Origin: a virus
Virus record (IMG/VR): IMGVR_UViG_3300042007_000202
Coordinates: 44,672-108,671 of that record
DNA: 64,000 bases
Reading direction: 5' to 3' (one strand)
Position numbers and translations under genes: made by a program. The notes below the pieces were generated by a model. The model did not search any database. It was not told the origin of the DNA and was given only the letters and a program-made list of their open reading frames with translations. This document shows positions 8,761-18,726 of the stretch, piece after piece. Each line of letters begins with the position of its first letter. The stretch's first letter is position 1.

Positions 8761-11700
8761 TCAGCTCGCGCGCGCGGCGGCCTTCATCGCCTCCCACTTC
8801 TGGATGGCCGCACAGGCTTCGGCCTTGCTGCCGGGGTTGACCTGCTGGATGCCGGGCCAGTTCAGGTCGCCGGAGGCGCACATCTTCTTCGCGGCGTTGA
8901 CCCCGGTGGCGATGGCCCGGCTGGTGTCCATGCCCTTGCTCTTGAGGTGGTCAGCGATCCGCTTGATGTACGGCGGCAGCCCGCCTTGCTGGTCGACCCA
9001 GTTCTTCGCCAGGGCGATGTCCTGGTTGCTCGGGGTGGGCAGGCCGCCGAACCCGGCCAGGGGCATGGGCACTTCGGTCTTGCGCTGGGGCTGGAGGCCG
9101 CTGATGCGCTTCCTGGCGAGGGCTGTGCGGCGGGCCAGGTCGGTGGCGCGGCGCTGGCTGGCGGTCTCCCTGAAGGCGGCCATGCGCTCTTCCAGGGAAG
9201 CGGCGCGCTGGCGGCGGGCGGCGCGGCCTTCCAGCTCATCCGCGACGGCCGCCGCCAGGTGCACCGGCTCCGCCTGGCGCAGCTCGAACGCCTGGAGGCC
9301 GCTGGCCTGGGCGGCGGGCTGGCTGTCGGGGGCGGAGGGCGGGGTGGCCTCTTCCTCCTTGGGCCAGAACCCGGCCGCGACGAGGGAGAAGAACGAGCCG
9401 TCGGGGCCGGTCTTCTTCGCGGCGAGGGGGAAGCCGGGGCTGTTGACCGCCAGCGCGGCGATCAGCTCGGCGCCGCCCCGGACCTCGCGCCAGTCCCCGG
9501 AGAACGAGGCGAGGGAGAGGCGGAGGCGGTCTTCCTGGCTGACGAAGGGGAGCACTGCCCCGGCGACCCAGATGCCGTGGGCGTCTTCACCGACGCGGAC
9601 CACGGCGGCCTGGGTGCCGGTGTGGTCGTAGTGGGACATGGCGCCGGTCGCGCTGGCTGTCAGCTTGGCGTGGCCGGTGTTCATGGTGATCAGGCCGCAG
9701 CGGACCGTGCCTGTGCTGGTGCGGACGGGGCGCAGGTTGTAGTAGGCGTAGCCGGAGGCGGAGTGCGGCGGGGGGACGCAGCGGTCCTTGAAGCCGACGT
9801 GGCAGGAGCCCCAGGCGGCGAGGTAGCCGGATACCTGCCCGGTCTCTACATCCACGCGGATGGAGTGGGCGCCGGAGCTGCCGTCGGGCTGCTCGAACCA
9901 CTCGCCGGGCGGGGTCCAGCCGGGGGCGAAGGTCTCTGTGGTGGCGGAGGCGGTGATGGCGACGGCCTGGCACGGCTCGCATCCGGCCGGAGGCTCGGAC
10001 GCCTCGGCCTCCTGCACGATGGACTCGGCCTCGTCCACCACGGCGGCGGCGGCCTCGGTCTCCGGCGCCCCGGCTGCTGTGATCTTGTCCCACGGGGTGG
10101 CCTTGACCTCCTCGCGCAGGGCGCCCATGTCCGCCAGTCCGGCCGGGTCCCACCACGCGACGACCTCAATACTGTCGCCGTCGGGGTCGTCCGGGTTCAG
10201 GACGGTGCGGTCGTCGGGGTCGGGGTTGATGCCGACGCCGCTCTCCTCCGGCACCAGCAGCAGGAAGCCCTGGTACACGCCGTTGTCGCTGGTCCAGGTG
10301 TCCACGATCTCGCCCTGGCCGCGCATGTCGCAGCCGGTCTCCTCGCAGAACTCCCGGAAGGCGGCGTCCTCGGCGGTCTCGCCCTCCTCGATGCCGCCGC
10401 CCGGCCACTCCCACATGCCGGAGGCGGGGTCTTCGTCGTCCAGGGCGCGCTGGATCAGCAGCACGCGGCCGGTGTCCTGTGCCTTGACCGCCAGCCCGGC
10501 GTGCGTGGGGGTGGATGCCGGGCTGGCGGGGTCTTCGTCCTCCGCGAGACGCGTGACGCCCATCTGCGCGGATGGGGTGACGTCGTCGGGGGTGGAGGGG
10601 CGGGCGCCGGGGGCGTCGCAGGGGGCGGGCTCCCATCCGGTGCCGTCCTCGGTCGGCGCGACGCACTCCCCCGTCACGACAGGGGTTTCAGGGTCAAGCT
10701 CTTCAGCGGCCTGCTCGTCGTCTGCGGCGATGTCCTGGGGGACATCCCCCGCCTCGGCCTCCTCGTCATCCTCAGTGGCCGTCTGGGAGTCCTCAGCCGG
10801 TACCGCCTCTTCCTCCGGCTCCACGGGTGCTTCGCCCTGGGCCTGTTCCGGCTCGAACGGGCCGTCGCCGGTGGGGTTCGCCGGGACCGCTTCGGGGTCT
10901 TCGCAGTCAGCCGCCATCCACGCGCCGATCTCGTCCTGCTTCACGCAGCCCCAGGCCGGGTCGTAGCCCACGATCTCCGAGAACGCCGCAGCGGTGAGGG
11001 CCTGGCCGTCCGCGTCCGCGAGAGCGATGGCCGCGTTGGGGAAGGCCGGGTGGGCCAGGAGGGTGGCGCCCATAATGCGCCAGCCGTCGTAGACGTCGCC
11101 GACCATGAGGGAGCGGTCGTTGGGGTCGCCGTCCGGCACGATGGTGCCGTCTTCCCTGAGGAGCACCTGGTGGGCGCTGGCGTCGTCCACGTCCAGACTG
11201 ACGAAGCGGACGAAGCCCAGGCCGACCTTGCGGGCCAGGTCGCGCCCGACCGGGTCCTCCATGTCGAAGCGGCCCTCGCCCCACACCTGGCTCCCTTCGG
11301 TCCAGATGCGGTCGATGACGCCGACGCCGAGTTCGGAGCCGTCGTGGCCCTTGGCCAGGGTGCCCTGGACGAGGAGCGGCAGCGGAAGGGGGCGGGAGCG
11401 GACGCCGCCCTCGGGGGTGGCGAGCATTCGCTGATCCGCGGACCACTCGTCCATGAAGCCCAGGACGCCGCGCCACCGGCCGCTGGGCTCCACGGTCACG
11501 GGTCCTGTCTCGGTGACGGTGGGCGTGGTCATGGACTCCTCCTGTGGTGCTGAGGCGGCGGTGAGGGCGGGGTCCCCGGCGGGGCCGTAGCGGGCGGAGC
11601 AGCGGCAGTTGATGACTTCGCCTGCGGGGCCGAGGGGGTCGCCGGGGAACTGGAGGCGGTGGCCGCCGATCTCGAACGGCTCGGTCAGGGGGCGGACTTG

Positions 11701-12339
11701 GCCGTCGGCGTTGAGGTGGGTCTCGCGTACGCGCTGGTCGTGGGTGCATTGCCAGCGCTTCTCCCACGGCTGGCCGGTGCGCTCCTGTTCCGCGAGCGCG
11801 CCGTGCGCGGCGCCCGCGTTGAGGGCCGTCATGGTCTCGGTGCGGGTCATGGTCATGATCTGGCCGTCCCACTCCTCCAGCGTCATCAGCGCGGACAGGC
11901 GTTCCTTGAGCTGGGCGGGGGATTCGCCGCTCGGCCGGTGCAGGATGGCGCGCAGCAGCCGGTCAGCGAAGGCGCGCCGGAACCCGGCGAGGCGGTCGCC
12001 CAGGCCTTCGCCGTGGCCTTGGTCGTCGTCGGGGGCGTCGTCGGGGCGGCCGGTGATCCGTCCGAAGCTGCCGCGCCACAGGGCGCGGGTGGGGCCGAGG
12101 ACGAAGCGGTTCAGGATGCGCCGCCAGGTCGCCTCTGACGGCACGCCCGGCGGGTGGCCGGGCTCGGGCTCGGCGGCGGCTGTCAGGGCCTCCAGAGAGC
12201 CGCCCAGCGGTCCCTTGCGGGCTTCCGCGAGGAAGGCTTCCACGGCGTCCCGGATGGCGGGGTAGAGCTGGGCTTCGGCCCGGCGGATGTAGGTGTAGTC
12301 CTTCATCCGCTCGGACAGCCACGGGTCAGGCATGGGCAA
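8761..12339 (-). CDS. MuF (minor head) - putative maturation protease - Nudix hydrolase multidomain protein
   Basis: MuF motifs TRTE...KRW...D.RVRETH...FPGDP.GP..EVINCRCS; Nudix box GGGIEEGETAEDAAFREFCEETG; lies between portal and capsid. Confidence 0.75.
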   Translation of the reverse strand: MPMPDPWLSERMKDYTYIRRAEAQLYPAIRDAVEAFLAEARKGPLGGSLEALTAAAEPEPGHPPGVPSEATWRRILNRFVLGPTRALWRGSFGRITGRPDDAPDDDQGHGEGLGDRLAGFRRAFADRLLRAILHRPSGESPAQLKERLSALMTLEEWDGQIMTMTRTETMTALNAGAAHGALAEQERTGQPWEKRWQCTHDQRVRETHLNADGQVRPLTEPFEIGGHRLQFPGDPLGPAGEVINCRCSARYGPAGDPALTAASAPQEESMTTPTVTETGPVTVEPSGRWRGVLGFMDEWSADQRMLATPEGGVRSRPLPLPLLVQGTLAKGHDGSELGVGVIDRIWTEGSQVWGEGRFDMEDPVGRDLARKVGLGFVRFVSLDVDDASAHQVLLREDGTIVPDGDPNDRSLMVGDVYDGWRIMGATLLAHPAFPNAAIALADADGQALTAAAFSEIVGYDPAWGCVKQDEIGAWMAADCEDPEAVPANPTGDGPFEPEQAQGEAPVEPEEEAVPAEDSQTATEDDEEAEAGDVPQDIAADDEQAAEELDPETPVVTGECVAPTEDGTGWEPAPCDAPGARPSTPDDVTPSAQMGVTRLAEDEDPASPASTPTHAGLAVKAQDTGRVLLIQRALDDEDPASGMWEWPGGGIEEGETAEDAAFREFCEETGCDMRGQGEIVDTWTSDNGVYQGFLLLVPEESGVGINPDPDDRTVLNPDDPDGDSIEVVAWWDPAGLADMGALREEVKATPWDKITAAGAPETEAAAAVVDEAESIVQEAEASEPPAGCEPCQAVAITASATTETFAPGWTPPGEWFEQPDGSSGAHSIRVDVETGQVSGYLAAWGSCHVGFKDRCVPPPHSASGYAYYNLRPVRTSTGTVRCGLITMNTGHAKLTASATGAMSHYDHTGTQAAVVRVGEDAHGIWVAGAVLPFVSQEDRLRLSLASFSGDWREVRGGAELIAALAVNSPGFPLAAKKTGPDGSFFSLVAAGFWPKEEEATPPSAPDSQPAAQASGLQAFELRQAEPVHLAAAVADELEGRAARRQRAASLEERMAAFRETASQRRATDLARRTALARKRISGLQPQRKTEVPMPLAGFGGLPTPSNQDIALAKNWVDQQGGLPPYIKRIADHLKSKGMDTSRAIATGVNAAKKMCASGDLNWPGIQQVNPGSKAEACAAIQKWEAMKAAARAS

Positions 12340-14431
12340 GGGAGGACCCCTCTCCGTCGCACTGGAACTGGGCGACGGCCCGCTCCAGGTAGTCGGGGTG
12401 GTGTTCCTCGCGGGCGAGTAGGAGCGCGCGCACGTAGTGGTCCACCGCCTGGTGCAGGCACGGTTCGCCGGGGGTGGACTCGTGGAACTCCGCGTACGCG
12501 CCGCGCAGCATCTGGTCGAGCTGGCCGGGGTCTGCGTGGAGGGTGAGGTGGACGGACTCGGGGGGGAGCTGCTGGAGCTGCGTGCGCTGGTTGCGGGGGG
12601 TGGAGCGGATGAGGAACTGTCCGGCCCGGCTGAGGGCGCGGCGGACGGCCATGTCGAGGCAGCGGGTGCGCCAGTCGCCGCCGTGGCTGAGGGCGGGGCG
12701 GGCGCTGGCGGTCATGGCGCGCTCCAGCCCTTCGCGGGTGACGGGGCGGCTGGCTCCGGCCTGGGGTGCGTTGTTGCGGCCTCCGGCGGCCGGGAGCCCG
12801 GCCGGGCGGGCGGCCGGGCGGCCGGGCTGCTGGGCGGGGGTGGGGCCGGGGGTGCCGGGGTAGCCGCCGATGCGGCTGATGTTGGTGGGGTTGCCCAGGG
12901 GGGCCTGTACGCCTTGGGGTGTGGCGGCGGCGATGGCCTCCGGGGGGAGGGGGATGCCCAGGCGCGGGAGCAGGTAGGGGGCGAGGTTGGCGTTCGTCAG
13001 GGCGACGCGTTCCATCAGGCGGCGGGCGCGCTCCTGCTCGTCGGGGGCGTCCTCTTCGGAGAAGCCCAGTTCGCGCAGGTAGGCGGCGTCGGAGATGACC
13101 TGGTTGGCGAAGGCGGTGTCGGCCTCGGGGGCGCGGTTGGGGCGGAGGGTGAGGTCGCTGGTGTCGTACCAGATGGCGTACTTCTGCCAGCCCTGGATGC
13201 GCAGGGCTTTGAGCGCCGGGCGCAGGAGGTTGGTGGTCAGGGAGTCGCAGATCAAGCCGAGCAGTGGCTCGATGTGCAGCTTGATGGCCGATTCCTCCAC
13301 TTGCCAGGCCGACCAATGGTTCGCGTCGCCCAGGCCGGTCAAAACCTCTGGCGGCATGTCCATGCCAGTGGCCACGCGGCGGATCGCGCTCTCGCGCAGT
13401 TCCTGGACGTTCTCGTCGAGCTTCGTGCTGAAGCTGATGTGCTTCAGTTCCTTGCCCTTTTCGGCCGGGCCCCGCACCACCAGCGGCACCACGGCGGACG
13501 CGCTGTCGCGGTTCTTCAGGGGGGCGGCCATGGCCTCGATGAGGGCGGCCGTGAAGGGGTCCGGGTGGAGGGGGTTGACGCCCTCGGACTGCTCGGGGCT
13601 GGGAGTGGTCAGCTCGTCGGGGACGAACAGGACACCGGCGCCTGCCAGGCGGGACTCCGCGCTGGCGGTGATGTGGGCGGAGAGGTCGACGAGTTCGCGC
13701 AGCGGCTGGCGCAGGGCGAGCAGGGGGGAGTCGGGGTTGTAGCCGACGCGGGGGTGGGGGCGCCAGATGCGCAGGATGGTCGCCTGCTCGGGGTCGATGT
13801 CGATGTACTCGTTCGGCATGTCCGGGCTGACGATCTTGAGCCCGGCGCCGGTGGACTGGAGCTCGTCCGCCGAGCACACCAGCCAGCGGCGCCCTTCGTC
13901 GCCGTCTTCACCGACGACGACGCTGGTGACGTCCTGGCCGTATCCGGCGCTCTGGCCGCCGGGGTCGTCGAAGCCGATGAGGTAGCTCTCGCCGGGGATG
14001 TTGAGGTGGATGGCGAGGCGGCGCAGCATCTCCGCCTGCCCGAGCTGCCCGCCGCCCAGCTCGTCCAGGACGGCGACGGCCTGCTGGGCTTCGAGGTCTA
14101 CGGCACCGGTGGTCTCGTCGGTGCTGAGGTCGACGGGGGTGGGCTCGCTGGAGCCGTCGGGATCCACCACGCCGACGTAGAGGCGGGCGCGGGAGCAGGC
14201 GTTGGCGATCCAGGTGACGCCGAAGCGGAGTTCGGTGACGGTGTCGTAGAGGTCCCAGGCGTCGCGCTGCCAGTCCTGCTTGCGGCCGACGACGGTGCGG
14301 ACCTGGGCCTTGCTGACGAGGGCCGCCGACGCCATCACCGTGGTGCCCGCGTTCTGGTAGGTGACGACCCTGCCCGCGCGGTCGCGGCGGATCAGGTGCT
14401 TGGGGCGGCGGTGGATATTCCAGAGCGGCAC
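12326..14431 (-). CDS. Portal protein
   Basis: WQRDAWDLYD, WRPHPR, SRLAGAGVLFVP and PPEVLTGLGDANHWSAW motifs; synteny. Confidence 0.8.
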   Translation of the reverse strand: MPLWNIHRRPKHLIRRDRAGRVVTYQNAGTTVMASAALVSKAQVRTVVGRKQDWQRDAWDLYDTVTELRFGVTWIANACSRARLYVGVVDPDGSSEPTPVDLSTDETTGAVDLEAQQAVAVLDELGGGQLGQAEMLRRLAIHLNIPGESYLIGFDDPGGQSAGYGQDVTSVVVGEDGDEGRRWLVCSADELQSTGAGLKIVSPDMPNEYIDIDPEQATILRIWRPHPRVGYNPDSPLLALRQPLRELVDLSAHITASAESRLAGAGVLFVPDELTTPSPEQSEGVNPLHPDPFTAALIEAMAAPLKNRDSASAVVPLVVRGPAEKGKELKHISFSTKLDENVQELRESAIRRVATGMDMPPEVLTGLGDANHWSAWQVEESAIKLHIEPLLGLICDSLTTNLLRPALKALRIQGWQKYAIWYDTSDLTLRPNRAPEADTAFANQVISDAAYLRELGFSEEDAPDEQERARRLMERVALTNANLAPYLLPRLGIPLPPEAIAAATPQGVQAPLGNPTNISRIGGYPGTPGPTPAQQPGRPAARPAGLPAAGGRNNAPQAGASRPVTREGLERAMTASARPALSHGGDWRTRCLDMAVRRALSRAGQFLIRSTPRNQRTQLQQLPPESVHLTLHADPGQLDQMLRGAYAEFHESTPGEPCLHQAVDHYVRALLLAREEHHPDYLERAVAQFQCDGEGSSLAHA

Positions 14432-14453
14432 GGCGGCAGTCCTCCTCGCTCGG

Positions 14454-14951
14454 TCAGGGGGTCGTGGGCGGCTGTGTGAGCTGGATAGCTACGTGGCCGG
14501 AGTGGACCTGCTGAGTGGGCGGGGGCGGGGAGTCGAGCCAGTCGGCTGCGATGGCGGTGACCCAGGACATGGCGAAGACGGCCACGGTGTAGGTGAAGCC
14601 GGTGGCGAGGGAGTGGGTGGGCCACAGGCCGAGCCAGCAGCGGTAGTAGGCGAGGGTGAGGGCGGCGGAGACCCAGAAGCCGGAGCACCAGGGGCAGGTG
14701 ACGAGCTTGGCCGCGTAGCGCCAGAAGCGGGGGGCAGGGCGGAGGGGGCCGGGGCCGTCGGGGGTTTCGCCGTAGATCTGGCGGGGCGCCCGGCCGCCCG
14801 CCCGGCCGGGCGGCCGGGCGTGTCGGGGCTGGGCTTTCATGTCGATCCAGTCACGCAGGGGCTGAGTGATGGTGTCCTCGGTGATGAGCCTGGTGATGCG
14901 GGCGGTCGCGAGGAGGGTGAGGAGGGAGATGAGTACGGAGAGCCATGCCAC
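14454..14951 (-). CDS. DUF1360-like membrane protein
   Basis: ATARITRLITEDTIT..LR...LVTCPWCSGFWVS. Confidence 0.7.
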   Translation of the reverse strand: MAWLSVLISLLTLLATARITRLITEDTITQPLRDWIDMKAQPRHARPPGRAGGRAPRQIYGETPDGPGPLRPAPRFWRYAAKLVTCPWCSGFWVSAALTLAYYRCWLGLWPTHSLATGFTYTVAVFAMSWVTAIAADWLDSPPPPTQQVHSGHVAIQLTQPPTTP

Positions 14952-15093
14952 GCTCCACAGAGTAACGATGTGCTCACGGACTGTCGCGTAAGTGGGTGAC
15001 TGGCTTCCTGGGGAAGGGCGCTGGCCTGCACGGATGCGGCCCGGCCGGGCGGGCGGCCGGGCACTGTCAGTGGCGAGCCGTAACTTTCCGTGA

Positions 15094-15564
15094 ATGGACG
15101 CCGAGGAGTGGGCCGGGGAGCTGCTGCGGGTGATCCGCGCGTACGGCCAGGGCCGGGCGCGGACCTTCGCGGAGGCGGGCTACCCGCTGCCGTGGGGGGT
15201 GGAGCTGACGCTGCCCACGGGGGCCCGCATCTATCTCCAGACGGTGACCGACCCCTCCGACTCCGACCACCCGCCCACGGGGCCCGTGGCGCCCGCGATG
15301 GACCCGGTGGAGCTTCCCGCCGAGGGGCCGACGGAGCTGGCCGCCGTGGAACGCTGGCTGGGCTGGTGCCTCACCGGCCATCAATCCGCGTGGATCAGGG
15401 AGGTGGAGCTGTTCCAGGCGCGGCGCGGCCGTCGCTCCGTCCCCCACGGCCTTGCCGTCAAGGCGCACTCAGGGGCGCGGATGTGGATCTACTTCCGGCA
15501 TGCCACCCCCGCCGGGCGCGACCCGCGCGGCATGGCCGTGTGGCGGCTCCAGCCGACCGTGTAG
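15094..15564 (+). CDS. Hypothetical protein
   Basis: Globular-looking ORF with GC3 bias. Confidence 0.55.
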   Translation: MDAEEWAGELLRVIRAYGQGRARTFAEAGYPLPWGVELTLPTGARIYLQTVTDPSDSDHPPTGPVAPAMDPVELPAEGPTELAAVERWLGWCLTGHQSAWIREVELFQARRGRRSVPHGLAVKAHSGARMWIYFRHATPAGRDPRGMAVWRLQPTV

Positions 15565-15568
15565 GGCC

Positions 15569-15919
15569 TCAGCCGCCCGGGGGCGGCACGATCATCCGCG
15601 CGGGGCGGCCGGTGGTGCTGATGCTGAAATCGTCGAGCCAGGCGAGCGCGGCATGAACGGGGTCTTCACCGTCGGGATACTCGTACAGGGCGAAGCACAT
15701 GATTCCATCGCCTGTCGACATATGGACCAGGTCATCTTCCGCCCCCCGGCGCCACGTGCGGGATGCCGCGCCCATGAGGTCGGGGTAGGTTTCGGCGAGA
15801 CGATCAATGATCGCCTGCATCTCGGCGTGCGCCTGCTCGTGGCTGTAGCCGCCCGTGCCGTAGACGGGCGAGCCGAAGCCGTCGCTGATGCTGAGCCTGA
15901 CGGTGAGGGTGTTCCACAT
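15569..15919 (-). CDS. Hypothetical protein
   Basis: ORF composition. Confidence 0.55.
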   Translation of the reverse strand: MWNTLTVRLSISDGFGSPVYGTGGYSHEQAHAEMQAIIDRLAETYPDLMGAASRTWRRGAEDDLVHMSTGDGIMCFALYEYPDGEDPVHAALAWLDDFSISTTGRPARMIVPPPGG

Positions 15920-16070
15920 GGGCCGACCCTATTGGGCGGCGGGCGGCGCGGGGCCGGTTCGGCGGCGCTGCGCCGCGATGTCAGCGGGAGCGCCTACCGT
16001 GGTTGACGTAGGCCCGCCCCGGACATCCCATGTCCATGCTGCTGGCGCTCGCGCGGGGCGGGCCTCGCTC

Positions 16071-16349
16071 TTATCCGTTGACCTTGTCGAACGTGGGCGT
16101 CTCCTCATGCTCCACGTCCAGGCGCCACTTCGCCATGCAGCCGTCCTGGTAGACGGCCATGGTCGGCAGGTGGCCGCCCTGGGGGTCGGAGACGAACAGC
16201 TCCTTGTAGAAGGTCAGTACGGGGTCGCCGTGCCAGGGGCAGCCCTTCTTGAGTTCTTTCCGGCGGTCGACCACGCGCTGGAGCGTGGCGGCGTCCCAGT
16301 CGGGCCGGGGGAAGCCGGGCGGGAAGCTGGCGAACGGGTCTTCGTTCAT
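16071..16349 (-). CDS. Hypothetical protein
   Basis: ATGA overlap with the upstream gene. Confidence 0.55.
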   Translation of the reverse strand: MNEDPFASFPPGFPRPDWDAATLQRVVDRRKELKKGCPWHGDPVLTFYKELFVSDPQGGHLPTMAVYQDGCMAKWRLDVEHEETPTFDKVNG

Positions 16350-16672
16350 GTCGTGATACTCCGGGGCGGGGTCAGCGGCAGCCCGTCAGCCGCGACCCAA
16401 GGCGGGTTCTTGAAGTCCCAGGGCTCAGCTGTGAGCTGCATGGCGTGGGTGGGGTTGTCCGCGCGGTGGACTTCGGCCCAGGCGTCCCTGTCGGACGCCG
16501 AGAAGAAGGGCTCCCGCACGGTGCAGCAGCAGCAGGAAGCGTAGTACGCCCAGAGTTCGGTGAGGCCGTTGGCGTAGGTGACGATGGTGGCGCCGGTGGC
16601 CTGGCCGTCTGCGTTGACGGGCATCTCGCGGCGGATAATGTCGCGGTTCTTGTCCGCGTGGATGGCGCTCAC
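16346..16672 (-). CDS. Hypothetical protein
   Basis: ORF composition; coupling. Confidence 0.5.
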   Translation of the reverse strand: MSAIHADKNRDIIRREMPVNADGQATGATIVTYANGLTELWAYYASCCCCTVREPFFSASDRDAWAEVHRADNPTHAMQLTAEPWDFKNPPWVAADGLPLTPPRSITT

Positions 16673-16900
16673 CGGGTACGCCTACCCGGCCGGAAGGGAA
16701 TGATCTGCGCGGATCGTTCGATGGGGGTAGTCATGGGTGGCTTGGTCTCCATCACAGCACCGTATTGGTGTAGCGCCGTCCGGAGTGGCTGGCGGCCGGT
16801 GGGGGTCGGGGGCAGCTCACGCGGACGGGCGGAGAAGGGCGGGCCGGTCAGGCTGGCGAGAAGGCGAGGAGACGCGGCGGCCCGGACAGGTGAAGCTGGT

Positions 16901-17572
16901 TCAGCCGGTGAACCACTCCAGGAGCTGGCCGCGCAGCCGCTCCTGCGCCTCGGCCTCGGTGGCGCCTTCGGCGCGGAGCTGAGTCACGGGGCACACGGCC
17001 ACGTACCCCCCGGCGCCCAGCCGCTCTCGCGTCTGCACCATCAGCTCCCGGCCCGGCTCGTGCCCGGCGTCGGGGAAGTATGTGGCGTGCACCCGGCGCA
17101 TGGCTTCGCTGAAGCGCTCGGCCAGCTCGTCAGCGGAGCTGGAGGAGTTGATGTAGCGGGCGGTGGCGTGGTCGCCCTGGATGGCGATGTACTCCACCCA
17201 ACGCAGGATGAACATGCGGAAGCGGCGGATCTGCCCGTCCCGGCCGGTCTCGGTCAGGCGGGTCATCTGCTGTAGCTCGGCGTCGAAGTGGCTCACGGTC
17301 TCCGGGCTGATCTCCGCTACGGCGTCCCGGAGGCAGCCGACGGAGCGGGTGAGCGGGACGTAGGTCTGCTCTCGGCCCTCGCTGTGGTCCACGGAGACGG
17401 GGACCACAGCGAAGGACTCGGCCACGGCAGCGCCGGGGTTGTCGCGGAGGCGGCCGATGGCGTCGGCCAGCTCGTCGAACACCTGGGGCGGCAGGCCCTT
17501 GATCTGCTCCATGGCCTCGTCGCTGATGACGACTTCGTAGGGGGCCTCGGAGGCGGTGGGTGGCTCGGTCAT
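16901..17572 (-). CDS. Composite protein: RelE-like N-terminus / DUF6247-like middle / HicB-like C-terminus
   Basis: YEVVISDEAMEQIKGLP..., LRDAVAEISP...FRMFILRW and GYVAVCP...AEGATEAEAQERL segments. Confidence 0.45.
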   Translation of the reverse strand: MTEPPTASEAPYEVVISDEAMEQIKGLPPQVFDELADAIGRLRDNPGAAVAESFAVVPVSVDHSEGREQTYVPLTRSVGCLRDAVAEISPETVSHFDAELQQMTRLTETGRDGQIRRFRMFILRWVEYIAIQGDHATARYINSSSSADELAERFSEAMRRVHATYFPDAGHEPGRELMVQTRERLGAGGYVAVCPVTQLRAEGATEAEAQERLRGQLLEWFTG

Positions 17573-17612
17573 ACCCGGAGAGTACCTGTGGGAGATGGCG
17601 GAGGGGCTGACC

Positions 17613-17891
17613 TCAACCGAACAGCGTGGGCTGCTGGTAAGGGCTTGCTGCGGGGGTGGTGGGGCCGGGGGTGCCGGGCAGGCGCGGGAGGCCCTTGATG
17701 GGGTGCAGGGAGCCGGGGCACAGGGTGTAGGCGTCGCCGGTGGGGGCCCGGTGCCGGGCCAGTAGGCCGGTCCTCATGTGCTCGGCTGGCCACCTCTTGC
17801 ACGACTTCTCGGGGCAGAGGTAGCGGTCGGGGGCCGCCGCCGCCCGTTTTCCTGAGCTGGCGGGGCCCCCCGGGGTGGGGGGTTGGGTCAT
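17613..17891 (-). CDS. Small Zn-ribbon-like protein
   Basis: CPEKSC...ARHR...LCPGS. Confidence 0.5.
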   Translation of the reverse strand: MTQPPTPGGPASSGKRAAAAPDRYLCPEKSCKRWPAEHMRTGLLARHRAPTGDAYTLCPGSLHPIKGLPRLPGTPGPTTPAASPYQQPTLFG

Positions 17892-17901
17892 GCAGGTGAG
17901 G

Positions 17902-18144
17902 CTAGTTGGCGATCCGTAGTGCCGGGCGGGCGGGCGGCCGGGCGGGCGGGCGGCCGGGCATCTCGGCTCCGAGGGCGCGCCCGGCTGCCAGGAGCTTGTC
18001 CGCTGCATCCCGGACCAGGCAGCGGACCTCGAAGTGCCCGCCGGAGTGGAGATCCTTGAGGAGTTCGCGCAGATCAGCCTCTTGGGCCATCACTGCTTCG
18101 CGGATCTGGACAGGGTCCGGAGGTGGCAAGAAGTCGTTGTCCAT
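17902..18144 (-). CDS. Hypothetical protein
   Basis: ORF composition. Confidence 0.45.
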   Translation of the reverse strand: MDNDFLPPPDPVQIREAVMAQEADLRELLKDLHSGGHFEVRCLVRDAADKLLAAGRALGAEMPGRPPARPPARPALRIAN

Positions 18145-18726
18145 TCAGTCACATTAGCGACGAAGTGACTACGGAGTGGAAGCGTTTGTACAAGTCGCCT
18201 GTGAGGGTTTCCTGCGCGAGGTGTGCACTTGCCCCCGGCATCGGATGATCGCGTTCCGGTTTAGGGCGTGCCGCAGGTGACACGTGCCTGCCTGGGCTCG
18301 GAGGAAACGTGCCTGGCCCCTCCCCCGGGCTGAGCGCGAGGGAGGGGCCAGGTGTTCGGGGGGCCACCCCTGTGGTGCGGAAGAGGCGGGGTGGCCCCCG
18401 GCGCCCGCAGCGGCACGGGTGCCCGTCCCGGCGTGCGCGTCTGAGGTCGGCAAAGGAGGGTGCCGCAGCGCAGGCCGGGGAGGTTCCTGGGCCGCGCCCC
18501 CGCTTGTGCTGGAGGGCGGGGGCGCGGTGGGTGCACACGACCGACAGAGGCTGTCCTGGGGAGGTAGCGCGCCCATCCCGTGCACCGCGTACATGAAGTT
18601 AGCACACGCGCACGCTGTGTGCATGGGGTAGGGCGGCCCCTTCTCTTGCGGGTGGTGTGGGGGCGCCGCCGCCCCGGGCCCGTAAGCGGCCCGGGGGGCG
18701 GACATGGGGTTTGCGTACGCGCGCCG

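Noticed and set aside
364-14479. Long plus-strand ORFs (364-2181, 3156-5225, 8680-11553, 12437-14479) and similar ones elsewhere (e.g. 58921-61806)
   Set aside because: Antisense shadow frames of real genes in high-GC DNA; no RBS or domain motifs
18150-18720. ORFs, or a pac/cos site, downstream of terL
   Set aside because: Only low-complexity Pro/Arg/Gly frames; no supportable motif
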